IMG/VR virus record: IMGVR_UViG_3300028666_000002 | Direction: 5' to 3' (one strand) | Length of the DNA stretch: 64,000 bases | From: a virus | In this document: one piece after another, positions 1 to 9,309 of the stretch | Numbering within the stretch: the stretch's first letter is position 1 | Layout of the letters: each line of letters opens with the position of its first letter | The notes under the pieces: generated by a model | The model's input: the letters and a program-made list of their open reading frames with translations, nothing else | Databases searched by the model: none | What the model was told of the DNA's origin: nothing | Program-made: the position numbers and the translations under genes

Positions 1-348
1 TCCTTTACAGCTGCAGCTAATCAAGTCACCACTTTTAGTTATACGCTTACAGCCGCCACGTATCTCAAGGGCGGTGTCTTATATGTTACCCCTGGAACCA
101 TGGGAGACCAACTAACTGTACAAATTGTAGATGTCAATAATGTGTTAGGCTATGGGGCTAATTTTGTTGTAGCTACCTATGTAAATGGTTGGTATGTGAT
201 ACCTAGTTTGCAAAATACTATAGAAGATATTTCTGTTAGCGCGTTGATTCCTGCAGGATTATGTGTAAATTTTCTTTACGCTAATGTTTCTACTACTCAG
301 GCCACACAAGTAGTTGTCAACCTTCTTTCATATACAGGTACAGTCTAA
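1..348 (+). CDS. Virion-type hypothetical protein, 5'-truncated by the window edge
   Basis: Frame 1 is open from base 1 through the listed 100..348 ORF; T/V/Y-rich and charge-poor like the neighbouring structural genes. Confidence 0.6.
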   Translation, partial: SFTAAANQVTTFSYTLTAATYLKGGVLYVTPGTMGDQLTVQIVDVNNVLGYGANFVVATYVNGWYVIPSLQNTIEDISVSALIPAGLCVNFLYANVSTTQATQVVVNLLSYTGTV

Positions 349-875
349 TGAACTATGGATATGTTTGTTTCGCTTACTCCAATATCTGGTATGACTGGTG
401 TATAGCCAAAGTTACTGGATCAAAATGGTCTCATACTTTTATCACTATTCCTTCTATAGTAGGCAGACAAATGGTTCTAGAGGCAGTGTCTGATGGTGTA
501 TCTGCTAGCCCATTCGATATAGCCTATCGTACTAAGGCCAACGTAACCTATGAGGTTTATCGTTTTAACTGTGATCCTACTAAAATAGATGCCGCCATAT
601 CTCAATGCATGAACAGATTAGAAACATCTTATGGATACCTAGAATATCCCTGGTTATTATGGCGTTACATTAACAGTTGGTTCGGCAGGGATATAAAATC
701 CCACAACAATTGGTGTCAACAGGGTACCGTATGCTCTGGTTTAGTTCGCGCCTATTTGGAGTCATGTGGGTGTAGCTTCTTTGATGGGTTTGGAAAAGAT
801 GCCGTTACTCCTTCAGATGCCTATAAAGTAGTCAAAACAAACCCCACTTTATTTGAATTGATAGAGTCAAAATAA
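348..875 (+). CDS. Permuted papain-like NlpC/P60 (YiiX/YebB-like) amidase/peptidase
   Basis: N-terminal 'SKWSHTFI' His motif, 'VLEA', 'Y..L' and C-terminal 'VCSGLV...Y' Cys plus 'VTPSD', the permuted His-before-Cys order. Confidence 0.8.
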   Translation: MNYGYVCFAYSNIWYDWCIAKVTGSKWSHTFITIPSIVGRQMVLEAVSDGVSASPFDIAYRTKANVTYEVYRFNCDPTKIDAAISQCMNRLETSYGYLEYPWLLWRYINSWFGRDIKSHNNWCQQGTVCSGLVRAYLESCGCSFFDGFGKDAVTPSDAYKVVKTNPTLFELIESK

Positions 876-951
876 ACCTAACTAATGAATATTACAAATA
901 AAATAAGCAATAATTGTAGAGAATAATAATCTTATAGACAGAGGATATCAT

Positions 952-1188
952 ATGATTTCTAACCGTACCCGAAAAATACTGGTTGTAGCGATGGCAGATG
1001 CCCCATCAGCAAATGAATTGATAAATACTATCGATGAACTTACTAATACTGTTAGTGAACTCACCACAGCATTGAATCAACTAATCGTGGCCTATTCAGC
1101 CTTAGCTGCTCAGCTAGATACTGATTCAGGCGTAGCAGACAATACATATGGTACCGGAGCCGAAACTCCTCCAACCCTCGTTCCCTAA
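952..1188 (+). CDS. Small virion protein (coiled coil)
   Basis: GAGG RBS, preceded by the AATCTTA late motif; amphipathic helix. Confidence 0.55.
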   Translation: MISNRTRKILVVAMADAPSANELINTIDELTNTVSELTTALNQLIVAYSALAAQLDTDSGVADNTYGTGAETPPTLVP

Positions 1189-1197
1189 GGAATAACT

Positions 1198-4170
1198 ATG
1201 TCATATAAATTAACTTTTCAAGGTTCTCAAGCTACACAAAAGGTCGTCGGTCTAGTAGAAAGCAATTTCACCAGTGGCGATGTTAGCTCGACTGCTTCTG
1301 CATCTGCTGGTTCTACTACTGGCTTTACCTTAAATGCTCCGATGGCTCCTGCAAATCCTAATGTGGCATTCAGTTATACTGGCCAAGTATTGATGGGTCC
1401 AAACAATTCCTCGGCAAGCGGTACGACAGGGTATACTGTAACTTTTACTAGCGGCGCGAACAATGGCCTTAGTTATAGTGCCACCTATTACAATCCAACT
1501 GGAGGAGTAAATGTTTCAAGCAGTTATTTCTATTTGGCTTCTGCTCCTGCTTCAGCACCTGCGATTAACGATACCTATACTGTAACTGGTCCTGGTATTA
1601 GTGGATCTGCAACTGGTACTGTTGGTGAAGATTCAAATGGGAATTGGTACTATCCATTCTTGTTAGCCTCTACACCCGTAGGATGGGTAGCGCAAACTAC
1701 CAATACTGCAGTTATATCTAGCGGCTCTTCTTATGGTGCTTCAGCCAATTTCTCCTATTATAATTTTTCTAGTGTAAATATTGCATTACTTCAAGTTCCA
1801 AGGGGAATTACACCGAATCCATTTGGGAATACTGGTACTTTGATTACTCTCCCTGCTTTTGACCAAGCTGGTTACCAAAACTATCAATGGTATATGCCTC
1901 CTTCGATGCCAACTGCCGCAGGCATGTACGGGTCATGGGATGGAGTAAATAATTTTGGTGGATGGTTAGCATTTGTAAATAGTTTTTCTACCGGGACGGA
2001 CTCTACCGGTGTTACTGGAGTAAATTGGCCGCAGTGGTATGGTCTCAACAATGATGCGGTTACCAATCCTATAATTGCTCTCCAACAAACTTTTAATGGA
2101 ATTACCTTTAACTTTTTAGTTACTCAGGCGCCAGATACTACCAATGGTCCATTTGCAATGTTTGGGGTAGAAGTTCTTCCATCTGGCACTGTTGCCGGTG
2201 ACTTAGCAATCATACAAACATATTTGAATCTTTGCGCTCAAAATTATAATTTATTCAATGGTGCTATAGTAGTATCAGATCCTGGTGGTTCAACACCTGA
2301 TGCAGATGTCGCTACTTATCTTGCCAGCGGACCAACTGCTCAGCCTTTTCCTGCTAGTTTCTTGGCTGCTCAACCTGAAGTTTCGATAGCGTCAGTTACA
2401 TCAACACCTATTTTGGGTGGTGGATTAAATATTATTTTCACATTAGCGAGTGTCCCTGCTGGTTTTACCGATGGAACACAGACGTGCATGATTGTAGATG
2501 GTAGCAATGCGGGTACAACACTAACTGGGCAATTCGAAACTGCTAACTTAACGTTTACATATCAAACCCAATTACATTTCAACGGTTTTTTGGATGCAAC
2601 TCTATTGATTGCCTATCCTACTTGGTTTACTACCACTATTTCTGGAAATTCATTGGTAATTACCTTGAATCCAGCATTCCCAAATGTGATGGGAACTGTT
2701 GCTGGCTCTATATATCCATATTTACTCATGGGAACTGCTCCAAATCTAACTCAATCTGGAACTGACAATGCTAATTATACAGTTTATGGAGTTGAAAATT
2801 CATTAAATGATGTAAAATCTGGAGCTTCTTCTCCAGGCGCATCAGCGTATGGATTTTTAACTGGTATTTTGTTTGATTCTACAGGGAATTTACAAACACA
2901 GCCCGTTATAACTTCTGGTCATGTTGCTTCGGTTAACACAAATGATCGAAATGATATTTCCATTGATAATGGAACTAAAAATGCAATGCAGGCTGCTGGT
3001 TTCTATTCAGGACTTGATAATATTACACTTACGTGGCTGCCGAATAGTATTACCGCTTCTGCTAATGCTACAGTTAAAAAAGCTCAAGGAAATACGTTGC
3101 AACTTAGTTCGGCAAATATGGCTGCACTAAGTGCCGTTGGAATCACTCCAGTATCTCAAGTTAGTGTATTGGTTACAAGTGGACACTACACGGGAAAAAC
3201 TTATAATGGAACACTAACTGGAGGAGTAAATCTCTCCATATTTGGACCATCTTTAGCGACAGGAACAACGCTAACAATTAGCGCTCCTCAATCTGATAAA
3301 ACTTTGAATACAGGTACTTGGTCTGGTGGTAGATGGAATGGTAATTCAACCATCTCATTTGATAACTGTTATCTTCCGCATGGAACAAAAGTCTCCGTAT
3401 TAAGCCAAAACTTTAACTTGAGTCAAATTGTTGGTGGTAATAAAGGAACATATCAAGTTACTCTATATGATTCTACCATGAGCAAACAATCAGCTATTAG
3501 TGTAAGTGGTAAATTGGATTTGGATAATGATAGAGATGATCTTTTTAATCCTCCACCGCTTGTACAGGTTAGAGTCGATAGTACCTATGGATATGACAGC
3601 CAAACAGGTAAACAATTGTATCCAGCATTACTATCCAATCAACAGGATTACAATGCATCTTTGACCTTGAGTTCTGGGTCAACACTATCTGGCTCGATAA
3701 TAACTCTCACTGCAGCAGACAATGCGGCTATGTGGACTGCTGGATTTCAACCATATTCGAATGTTAAAACTTCTCGCAATGCAATTAATTGTGGTGACCA
3801 TCATGGACATCACGGCTTAACAAGTATTTGGGATGGTAATGGAACCATTACACTTGATAGCACTCCCCCTGGTGGATTTACCGGACCATTTACAATGAAT
3901 CAGAATGTAAGGCCAGATCCACACAGAATAATGCTTGCACTTAATCCAGCACAATATGCTACTGGAATGCTAAAGATCGTTTATTCTGGTACTATTAATA
4001 AAACAGTTAATAGTCAAATGATCACTAGTCCGACAGTTGCTGACGCTTTTAATTGGCCTGCAGCTGATGAAACGCTAGAAAGTGCTGCTACAACTTCTGC
4101 TTTTGAAGTTGGACTGAACGGTCACGGAAATATCACAATTACGATTCCTTTTACGATTACGTCTGTTTAA
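1198..4170 (+). CDS. Large virion structural or fibre/receptor-binding protein (990 aa)
   Basis: Long ORF very rich in T/S/G/N/A with few charged residues; AAGGA RBS; structural context. Confidence 0.6.
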   Translation: MSYKLTFQGSQATQKVVGLVESNFTSGDVSSTASASAGSTTGFTLNAPMAPANPNVAFSYTGQVLMGPNNSSASGTTGYTVTFTSGANNGLSYSATYYNPTGGVNVSSSYFYLASAPASAPAINDTYTVTGPGISGSATGTVGEDSNGNWYYPFLLASTPVGWVAQTTNTAVISSGSSYGASANFSYYNFSSVNIALLQVPRGITPNPFGNTGTLITLPAFDQAGYQNYQWYMPPSMPTAAGMYGSWDGVNNFGGWLAFVNSFSTGTDSTGVTGVNWPQWYGLNNDAVTNPIIALQQTFNGITFNFLVTQAPDTTNGPFAMFGVEVLPSGTVAGDLAIIQTYLNLCAQNYNLFNGAIVVSDPGGSTPDADVATYLASGPTAQPFPASFLAAQPEVSIASVTSTPILGGGLNIIFTLASVPAGFTDGTQTCMIVDGSNAGTTLTGQFETANLTFTYQTQLHFNGFLDATLLIAYPTWFTTTISGNSLVITLNPAFPNVMGTVAGSIYPYLLMGTAPNLTQSGTDNANYTVYGVENSLNDVKSGASSPGASAYGFLTGILFDSTGNLQTQPVITSGHVASVNTNDRNDISIDNGTKNAMQAAGFYSGLDNITLTWLPNSITASANATVKKAQGNTLQLSSANMAALSAVGITPVSQVSVLVTSGHYTGKTYNGTLTGGVNLSIFGPSLATGTTLTISAPQSDKTLNTGTWSGGRWNGNSTISFDNCYLPHGTKVSVLSQNFNLSQIVGGNKGTYQVTLYDSTMSKQSAISVSGKLDLDNDRDDLFNPPPLVQVRVDSTYGYDSQTGKQLYPALLSNQQDYNASLTLSSGSTLSGSIITLTAADNAAMWTAGFQPYSNVKTSRNAINCGDHHGHHGLTSIWDGNGTITLDSTPPGGFTGPFTMNQNVRPDPHRIMLALNPAQYATGMLKIVYSGTINKTVNSQMITSPTVADAFNWPAADETLESAATTSAFEVGLNGHGNITITIPFTITSV

Positions 4171-4180
4171 GGAGAATAAA

Positions 4181-4468
4181 ATGGATATTAAACCTAAACC
4201 AAAAGTTCTTAGTTTTAATCCCAACGATTTTTCTAGGGATGCACAATTTGTTTTTTGTGAACATCAACGTGCTCTTAAAATTGTTACCGCAAAACTGGCC
4301 GCACTTCAGGCTTCTATTAATGCCCTAACTTCTAATGGGGTAACCGCCAATAGGCCAACTGGGTTAACTACTGCTAATGCTGGATATCCATATTTTGATA
4401 CCACGCTTGGTAAACCTGTTTGGTGGAATGGAACAGCTTGGGTGGATTCTACCGGAACTCCTGCTTAA
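4181..4468 (+). CDS. Small tail-fibre-associated protein
   Basis: C-terminal 'TANRPT...GYPYFDTTLGKPVWWNGTAWVDSTG' module common at phage fibre termini; AGGAG RBS. Confidence 0.65.
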   Translation: MDIKPKPKVLSFNPNDFSRDAQFVFCEHQRALKIVTAKLAALQASINALTSNGVTANRPTGLTTANAGYPYFDTTLGKPVWWNGTAWVDSTGTPA

Positions 4469-4484
4469 ACGTGATATATCCTAT

Positions 4485-4838
4485 TTATGGATATTTTACT
4501 TTCAACGCTTCAACAGTTTCTTTGGGTAATTGCCTGTACTCCCATGGTACTCCCGCAGCTTCTGCTCTTTCTACCCCTTGTTTCATTCCATTGGAAATGC
4601 CGAAATCATCGTAAATAACTACAAGATCTGCTACGTATGTCCAAACCCAACCTGCAGCCATTCCAAGTTGGCGCTGTTCTTTATCGTTATCATCCAGCAA
4701 TCCAGGTTGTGTCCACAAAAGATGAGATGCTATTGGAGCCTCATGTCTCTTAAGGCAATCCAACAAGCAAGCCTTGGCATAAGCTATATTACGGGGAATG
4801 TTTCCCGCGAAAGGCGATTCTAAGATGACTCTTTTCAT
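4485..4838 (-). CDS. DUF7768/DUF4406-like (nucleoside deoxyribosyltransferase-like fold) protein
   Basis: 'VILESPFAG...RNIAYA...EAPIASHLLWTQ..LDD....R..G....DLVV.Y.D.GIS.GM..G' signature. Confidence 0.75.
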   Translation of the reverse strand: MKRVILESPFAGNIPRNIAYAKACLLDCLKRHEAPIASHLLWTQPGLLDDNDKEQRQLGMAAGWVWTYVADLVVIYDDFGISNGMKQGVERAEAAGVPWEYRQLPKETVEALKVKYP

Positions 4839-4841
4839 AAT

Positions 4842-5144
4842 TTACTTATATAGAAAATAAGTTAAGAACCAAACAAAAGTTAACCCACCATATGCTCTGG
4901 CCAACAAGGCACCTAAATTTGTTGTATCTTGCTTGTACATGTGTCCACCGATATGCAATGCATTAAAAATGCAAACCAAGGCATATGATTGCCACATAGA
5001 AGTTATGGGAGTTAGGTGCAGGATAGGACTAACGAAATTCCACACTTTCAATATAACAAACATTTGATAGAAAAATAATCCAACGAATGCGACTATTGCG
5101 CCAATTCCAGAAAAAACCGCTTCTGTAGTAGTTTTTTTATCCAT
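4842..5144 (-). CDS. Membrane protein
   Basis: Three hydrophobic segments; AGGAG RBS. Confidence 0.6.
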   Translation of the reverse strand: MDKKTTTEAVFSGIGAIVAFVGLFFYQMFVILKVWNFVSPILHLTPITSMWQSYALVCIFNALHIGGHMYKQDTTNLGALLARAYGGLTFVWFLTYFLYK

Positions 5145-5153
5145 TATAAACTC

Positions 5154-5555
5154 CTAGTTATGAATCAGCTTTGCCGCCACATATCCAGCCGCAAGCATGG
5201 TAAGGGCACCAAGACCGAAGTCTAGCCATTCGTTCTTCTTTTCCAGACTATCCATTTTCTGAACTCGATCTTCTAATTTGCTGCTGGTGCCCATCCAAAG
5301 ATCTGCTCGCTTATCGGAAGCTTGAATCGCTAGATCTTTCATCGAGATTGCACTTGTGAGATCAGTTATCTGTTGGGCCTTCACCTGATTGTCTTGTACT
5401 AAAGCGCCAACACATAAATGTAGCTGTTCAGAATATGTATACGTGCCATCTTCATTCTTTTTAATAGTAGTCCAATCGCAATCCCCGAATGATGTGGTAC
5501 TGACAAAAGAAAGTACGGTTAACACATACAAAAACTTACTTCTTGTTCCAATCAT
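5154..5555 (-). CDS. Exported coiled-coil protein with C-terminal TM helix, spanin-like
   Basis: Start moved to ATG 5555 (GGAGG RBS); signal peptide, coiled coil, C-terminal TM; overlaps the upstream i-spanin-like gene. Confidence 0.5.
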   Translation of the reverse strand: MIGTRSKFLYVLTVLSFVSTTSFGDCDWTTIKKNEDGTYTYSEQLHLCVGALVQDNQVKAQQITDLTSAISMKDLAIQASDKRADLWMGTSSKLEDRVQKMDSLEKKNEWLDFGLGALTMLAAGYVAAKLIHN

Positions 5556-5838
5556 CTGTAATTCCTCCTTCAGTACTAGGAAGCTTCTGAGCATCACTTA
5601 CGAGCTTATCGGCTGCGGTATTGGCAGCATTTTCTTGCTTGGAAAGGACAGCATCTTGTTTGACCGCGCTATTTTCAATGCTCTTAGAATCAGCCACAAT
5701 TAGGCTCATCAAAAGATCATGAAACTTGATAATCAAGATAACAACGCCGAACAGAATGACAAAAATCTTACTGCTAGCCCAAAGTTCGCTAATATCAGTA
5801 TTCAGTTTGGCCCACAATGCCTTTAGTTTAGCTTCCAC
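5536..5838 (-). CDS. Inner-membrane spanin-like protein
   Basis: Single N-terminal TM helix then Ala-rich helix; directly downstream of the holin-like gene. Confidence 0.45.
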   Translation of the reverse strand: MEAKLKALWAKLNTDISELWASSKIFVILFGVVILIIKFHDLLMSLIVADSKSIENSAVKQDAVLSKQENAANTAADKLVSDAQKLPSTEGGITDDWNKK

Positions 5839-6094
5839 TTGGTCCTCCTTGTGTAGGGGTAGGTGGAGTATTAGAATTGCTTTTAAAGTACTGCCTAACC
5901 GTTAAGGATGCATGCTCGAAACCGTTGGCTGCAAAAAAGCTAATCATGGTTCCCTTCATCAAATCGACGAAGTTGCTGCCACTAATATAGCCTTTGAGGG
6001 TAAAAACAATAGCCACCAAAAATAACAGTAACATCATGATAAACTTACGAAATCCGAATGCTACTTCTACGACATCTGATTCTTCTTGATTCAT
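5828..6094 (-). CDS. Putative holin
   Basis: 88 aa, 'GFRKF' followed by two TM helices ending 'AAN..EH', a common small phage holin pattern. Confidence 0.6.
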   Translation of the reverse strand: MNQEESDVVEVAFGFRKFIMMLLLFLVAIVFTLKGYISGSNFVDLMKGTMISFFAANGFEHASLTVRQYFKSNSNTPPTPTQGGPSGS

Positions 6095-6152
6095 ATCAAT
6101 CTCCTTCTAAGCCTATCCTATCACAAACAATCTTTAAAGGATAGAGGTTTCT

Positions 6153-6524
6153 ATGGGTATTGCTATTACAACACTATCGGCCATTGCTGGGGCACTTACT
6201 GTGTTTCTTACATTATATATGAAAATACGTAAAATTACTAAGGAACATGAGAAAAATAAGAAGGAAATGCTAGCCGGTGTGCTCCAGGACGCTAAGGAGA
6301 TGGATGATACCTTGAAAGCCAAGCTAGAGTCCAGAATAGAAGCCATGAAGGCCGAACTGAAGAATTTAGAGCTAAATGTTAATAAAGATATAGTATTCCT
6401 TAAAGAATCTTATAAATCTGATATAAAAGTGCTCGGTGATAAGATTGAGGACTTGCGAAAACAGTTAGATTCTCAACATTCTCAACTACTTACAGTACTT
6501 ACTAACCTGATTAATAAGGATTAG
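6153..6524 (+). CDS. Membrane-anchored coiled-coil protein (lysis/late)
   Basis: N-terminal TM plus long coiled coil; preceded by the CAATCTTTA late motif. Confidence 0.55.
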   Translation: MGIAITTLSAIAGALTVFLTLYMKIRKITKEHEKNKKEMLAGVLQDAKEMDDTLKAKLESRIEAMKAELKNLELNVNKDIVFLKESYKSDIKVLGDKIEDLRKQLDSQHSQLLTVLTNLINKD

Positions 6525-6528
6525 AAAA

Positions 6529-6909
6529 TTAATCAAATTTATTAGATTTTTTGGAATTATTAGACTCTGTTTTAGCATTCACAATACCAGGATTGGCCTT
6601 AACATATTCAGCTTGAGCGGCTTTTGCTTCGGGAGTTTTAGCATATTCAATATGATAAGCTTTTTGTTTTGAAGTTTTATTATATTCAGCACTATATTTT
6701 GCATGATAAACTTTTCCTTTAGGAGAATTTCTACGCTCAGCATTGTAGGCTATTCGTTCGGGAGTTTTTTCATATTTAACACCATACTTAGCCTGAGAGG
6801 CTTTGTATTCAGGTGTTTTTCGATATTCAACCCTGTAAGCCTTATGGCACTCAGGACATTGTTTTAATTTCTTAGAGTATTCGTGCAATTTTTTCTTGCA
6901 GTATTTCAA
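6529..6909 (-). pseudogene. HNH endonuclease derivative with the catalytic core deleted in frame
   Basis: Zn-finger start (C..KLH..QCPEC), 'Y.KTP' repeats, and 'ANPGIVNAKT' joined directly to 'ESNNSKKSNKF', which are the two flanks of the HVDH...N core in this HNH family. Confidence 0.6.
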
Positions 6910-6917
6910 ATAATCCT

Positions 6918-7196
6918 CTAGGGCAATAAATATGTGCCTACAGCAACCTCAAGTGTTTCCAAATCCAACAAAGAAATGTGCAACTCTAGATTGGTTTGGT
7001 CGATCATCAAAACGTTGACCTTTCTTAATTCAATACCGTCAACGGTTAGAGCAGTATCGTAGCTAGCAACAACTACCTGTACTCCACCTGGAGCTATCGT
7101 AATTCTAGTTTTGGTTATTTCTTCAGACTCTTTTCCATCTTCTTCTTCGTGGCCATAATTAACTAACGTCAAAACTCTAATATTCACATTTTCCAT
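6918..7196 (-). CDS. Hypothetical protein
   Basis: ORF with GAGGG RBS in a tight operon. Confidence 0.6.
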   Translation of the reverse strand: MENVNIRVLTLVNYGHEEEDGKESEEITKTRITIAPGGVQVVVASYDTALTVDGIELRKVNVLMIDQTNLELHISLLDLETLEVAVGTYLLP

Positions 7197-7204
7197 ATTA
7201 CCCT

Positions 7205-7441
7205 CTATAGGGAATATATCGTACCCGCTACTAATAAAAACGAAATAATTACAACAGCTAGAAATATGAGGCTATCTTTTCTCTGCCTTCGTACACATTT
7301 TAGACAGCCACAGTTAAATCCATAGCAAATGCCCTTTTCAATACGTTCTCCAAATCTATCAAATTTTTGTTGCAACTCTTCACGATTCTTAGCAAAATCT
7401 ACTTTTATCAATTCGCCCATGTTTACCTCTTTAAGCGCCAC
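7205..7441 (-). CDS. Hypothetical membrane protein
   Basis: C-terminal TM; CxCxxC. Confidence 0.5.
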   Translation of the reverse strand: MALKEVNMGELIKVDFAKNREELQQKFDRFGERIEKGICYGFNCGCLKCVRRQRKDSLIFLAVVIISFLLVAGTIYSL

Positions 7442-7782
7442 TCCGCCAATGTACCAGTAAAACTATAGCCAGAATTACCGTATACATCTTCTGCTTGCCA
7501 TTCTATAGCTGATTTTCTGTTTGTGATAGTGAAAATTTCCAATTTAATCTTAGAACAATTCCACTCAACCCTAAATGGGCATGTACTGCCAGCATCAACA
7601 AAACACTCTTGAATGGTACGCCATGAATTAGGTAAAACATTACTCCAAGGAATAATATCGATACCTTGAAAAACTCCAGTTGTATCTTGTTTAGGTTTCT
7701 TTTCACACTCTCGACAATGCCACACATCGTGAATCAAAAGTTTAATGAGAACCATAGGTTGTTTACAATTTGGGCAATTCAT
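7423..7782 (-). CDS. Zn-ribbon protein, paralog of 21306..21674
   Basis: CxxC...WxCxxCE and a shared 'WRT...CFVDAGS..PF..E'. Confidence 0.65.
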   Translation of the reverse strand: MNCPNCKQPMVLIKLLIHDVWHCRECEKKPKQDTTGVFQGIDIIPWSNVLPNSWRTIQECFVDAGSTCPFRVEWNCSKIKLEIFTITNRKSAIEWQAEDVYGNSGYSFTGTLAEWRLKR

Positions 7783-7920
7783 TCTCTTTTATCTCCACAT
7801 AAGCTAACAAAATAAAGACAGCCAATACGCCAGTGACTATAGAATAGGGATTCTCACTGACAGCCAGTATTAAAGTACCAGTGACAAGAAAAAGAAAGCA
7901 ACCACTAAATAGTAGCTTCA

Positions 7921-8190
7921 TTAACTGACCCGCCTATAGGTGACGCTTCTATTCTCACTATAAAGGAAACCTCCATATCTACCGAAACACCCAACATTAT
8001 GGCCATGATTGCACATCTCCGTTATAGACAACTCGATTTCATTGATGCTGAATTTATAGAGAAGTACAGCATAAGCAACTACTTGGGCGAATGTGCCGGA
8101 AAGTTCCCTATCATCTCGTTCATCATCAGCTAGGATTTCGAGCGTGAAATAATCAGTTTCTAGTTGGATCAAATTAAAGCCGGATAACAT
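7921..8190 (-). CDS. Hypothetical protein
   Basis: AGGAGG RBS; first gene of a leftward unit. Confidence 0.6.
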   Translation of the reverse strand: MLSGFNLIQLETDYFTLEILADDERDDRELSGTFAQVVAYAVLLYKFSINEIELSITEMCNHGHNVGCFGRYGGFLYSENRSVTYRRVS

Positions 8191-8383
8191 AAATCGTTAC
8201 CTCCTGATATTGAATATAGCATGTTTTGTGAGAAATAAAAAATATTTTACGATTTCTTCAAAATGCTTTCTGCGCTGTGATATATGAGAGACGTAAGTCG
8301 GCGGTCGTTCGTTCTTTTATATAATATATATTGTTTTAGAATCCCTTCCCCTATGGTTTTGGAGAATATGATATACTTTGGTT

Positions 8384-8869
8384 ATGAAGAAAAAAGAATT
8401 TAGCGCTTACTTGAAGCGAAAAGACATTACAATAGAAGGTTCTACGGCTACCTGGGAGTTGGCAGCACAAGGCGACATTATGGGTCTTTACACAGGCCAG
8501 TTTAAGTTTCGTTGTTATCTAACCCCAACCCAGAAGCTAGCCGCAGGAAGACTATATCGCACCCTTTTGGGCGACCATCCCACTACAGCACTTACGCACG
8601 AAGATAATATGTCTTTTACATTAGCTCAATTAAAATATAGAGTTATCTCTGGTCCACCCTTTTGGGAAAGCGCTATCGGATTAGACGGCATAGTCGGCGA
8701 CATTCCAGATGAAAAGATCTTAGACATCATTTTTGAAGCCGCTGTTGCGTCGGAACTTAAATATCTTGCCACTCTTCAACAAAAGAAAACTGAACTTATT
8801 GAAAAAGCTAAGAAATCTGCCGAAAAACTTTTAAAAGATGAAGATGAAGAAGAACCAGAAGGTGAATAA
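8384..8869 (+). CDS. Putative tail assembly chaperone
   Basis: 'G.F.FRC.LT.....A.R....LLG...LAQL..RVI.GP.FW' resembles myovirus tail chaperones; likely leaderless ATG 6 nt after TGATATACT. Confidence 0.5.
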   Translation: MKKKEFSAYLKRKDITIEGSTATWELAAQGDIMGLYTGQFKFRCYLTPTQKLAAGRLYRTLLGDHPTTALTHEDNMSFTLAQLKYRVISGPPFWESAIGLDGIVGDIPDEKILDIIFEAAVASELKYLATLQQKKTELIEKAKKSAEKLLKDEDEEEPEGE

Positions 8870-9295
8870 ATGGTATTCACCGAACTCGTGAAATATTGCC
8901 AAGTTAAAGCTATTGCTGACACCCTCTATCCTACTTATGATTCTTTCTATAGGTCTGTTTGCCGCTCCTACAGTCGCAACTTTCATGTCCCCCTACCCCA
9001 AGTAGAACAACTCGATCCCGAACATGTCCTGACCGCTTATTTCGAAAATGAGATGGAAGGCATTGACCTAGAAGAGCATCTCCCCGATTTACTTGAGAAG
9101 CTTTACACTATCGAAGACCCCGATTATATAAAGAAGCAAGATGAGGACTTAGAAGATGTGGCTGCCATGGTAGAGAGGCGAGAACAAGAACGACTCACCA
9201 AAAAAACACTTTCCAAAAAGGATAAGCCTGATGAAGAAAAACGCACTGGGGGCAGACTCAGCTTTAGTGATTTAGATGAAAAGCTGGAAAAGTAA
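8870..9295 (+). CDS. Putative second tail assembly chaperone
   Basis: Abuts the previous gene (TAA ATG); 'R.YSR.F..PL..VE.L' pattern; acidic. Confidence 0.45.
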   Translation: MVFTELVKYCQVKAIADTLYPTYDSFYRSVCRSYSRNFHVPLPQVEQLDPEHVLTAYFENEMEGIDLEEHLPDLLEKLYTIEDPDYIKKQDEDLEDVAAMVERREQERLTKKTLSKKDKPDEEKRTGGRLSFSDLDEKLEK

Positions 9296-9309
9296 TTAGT
9301 ATTTTATTT

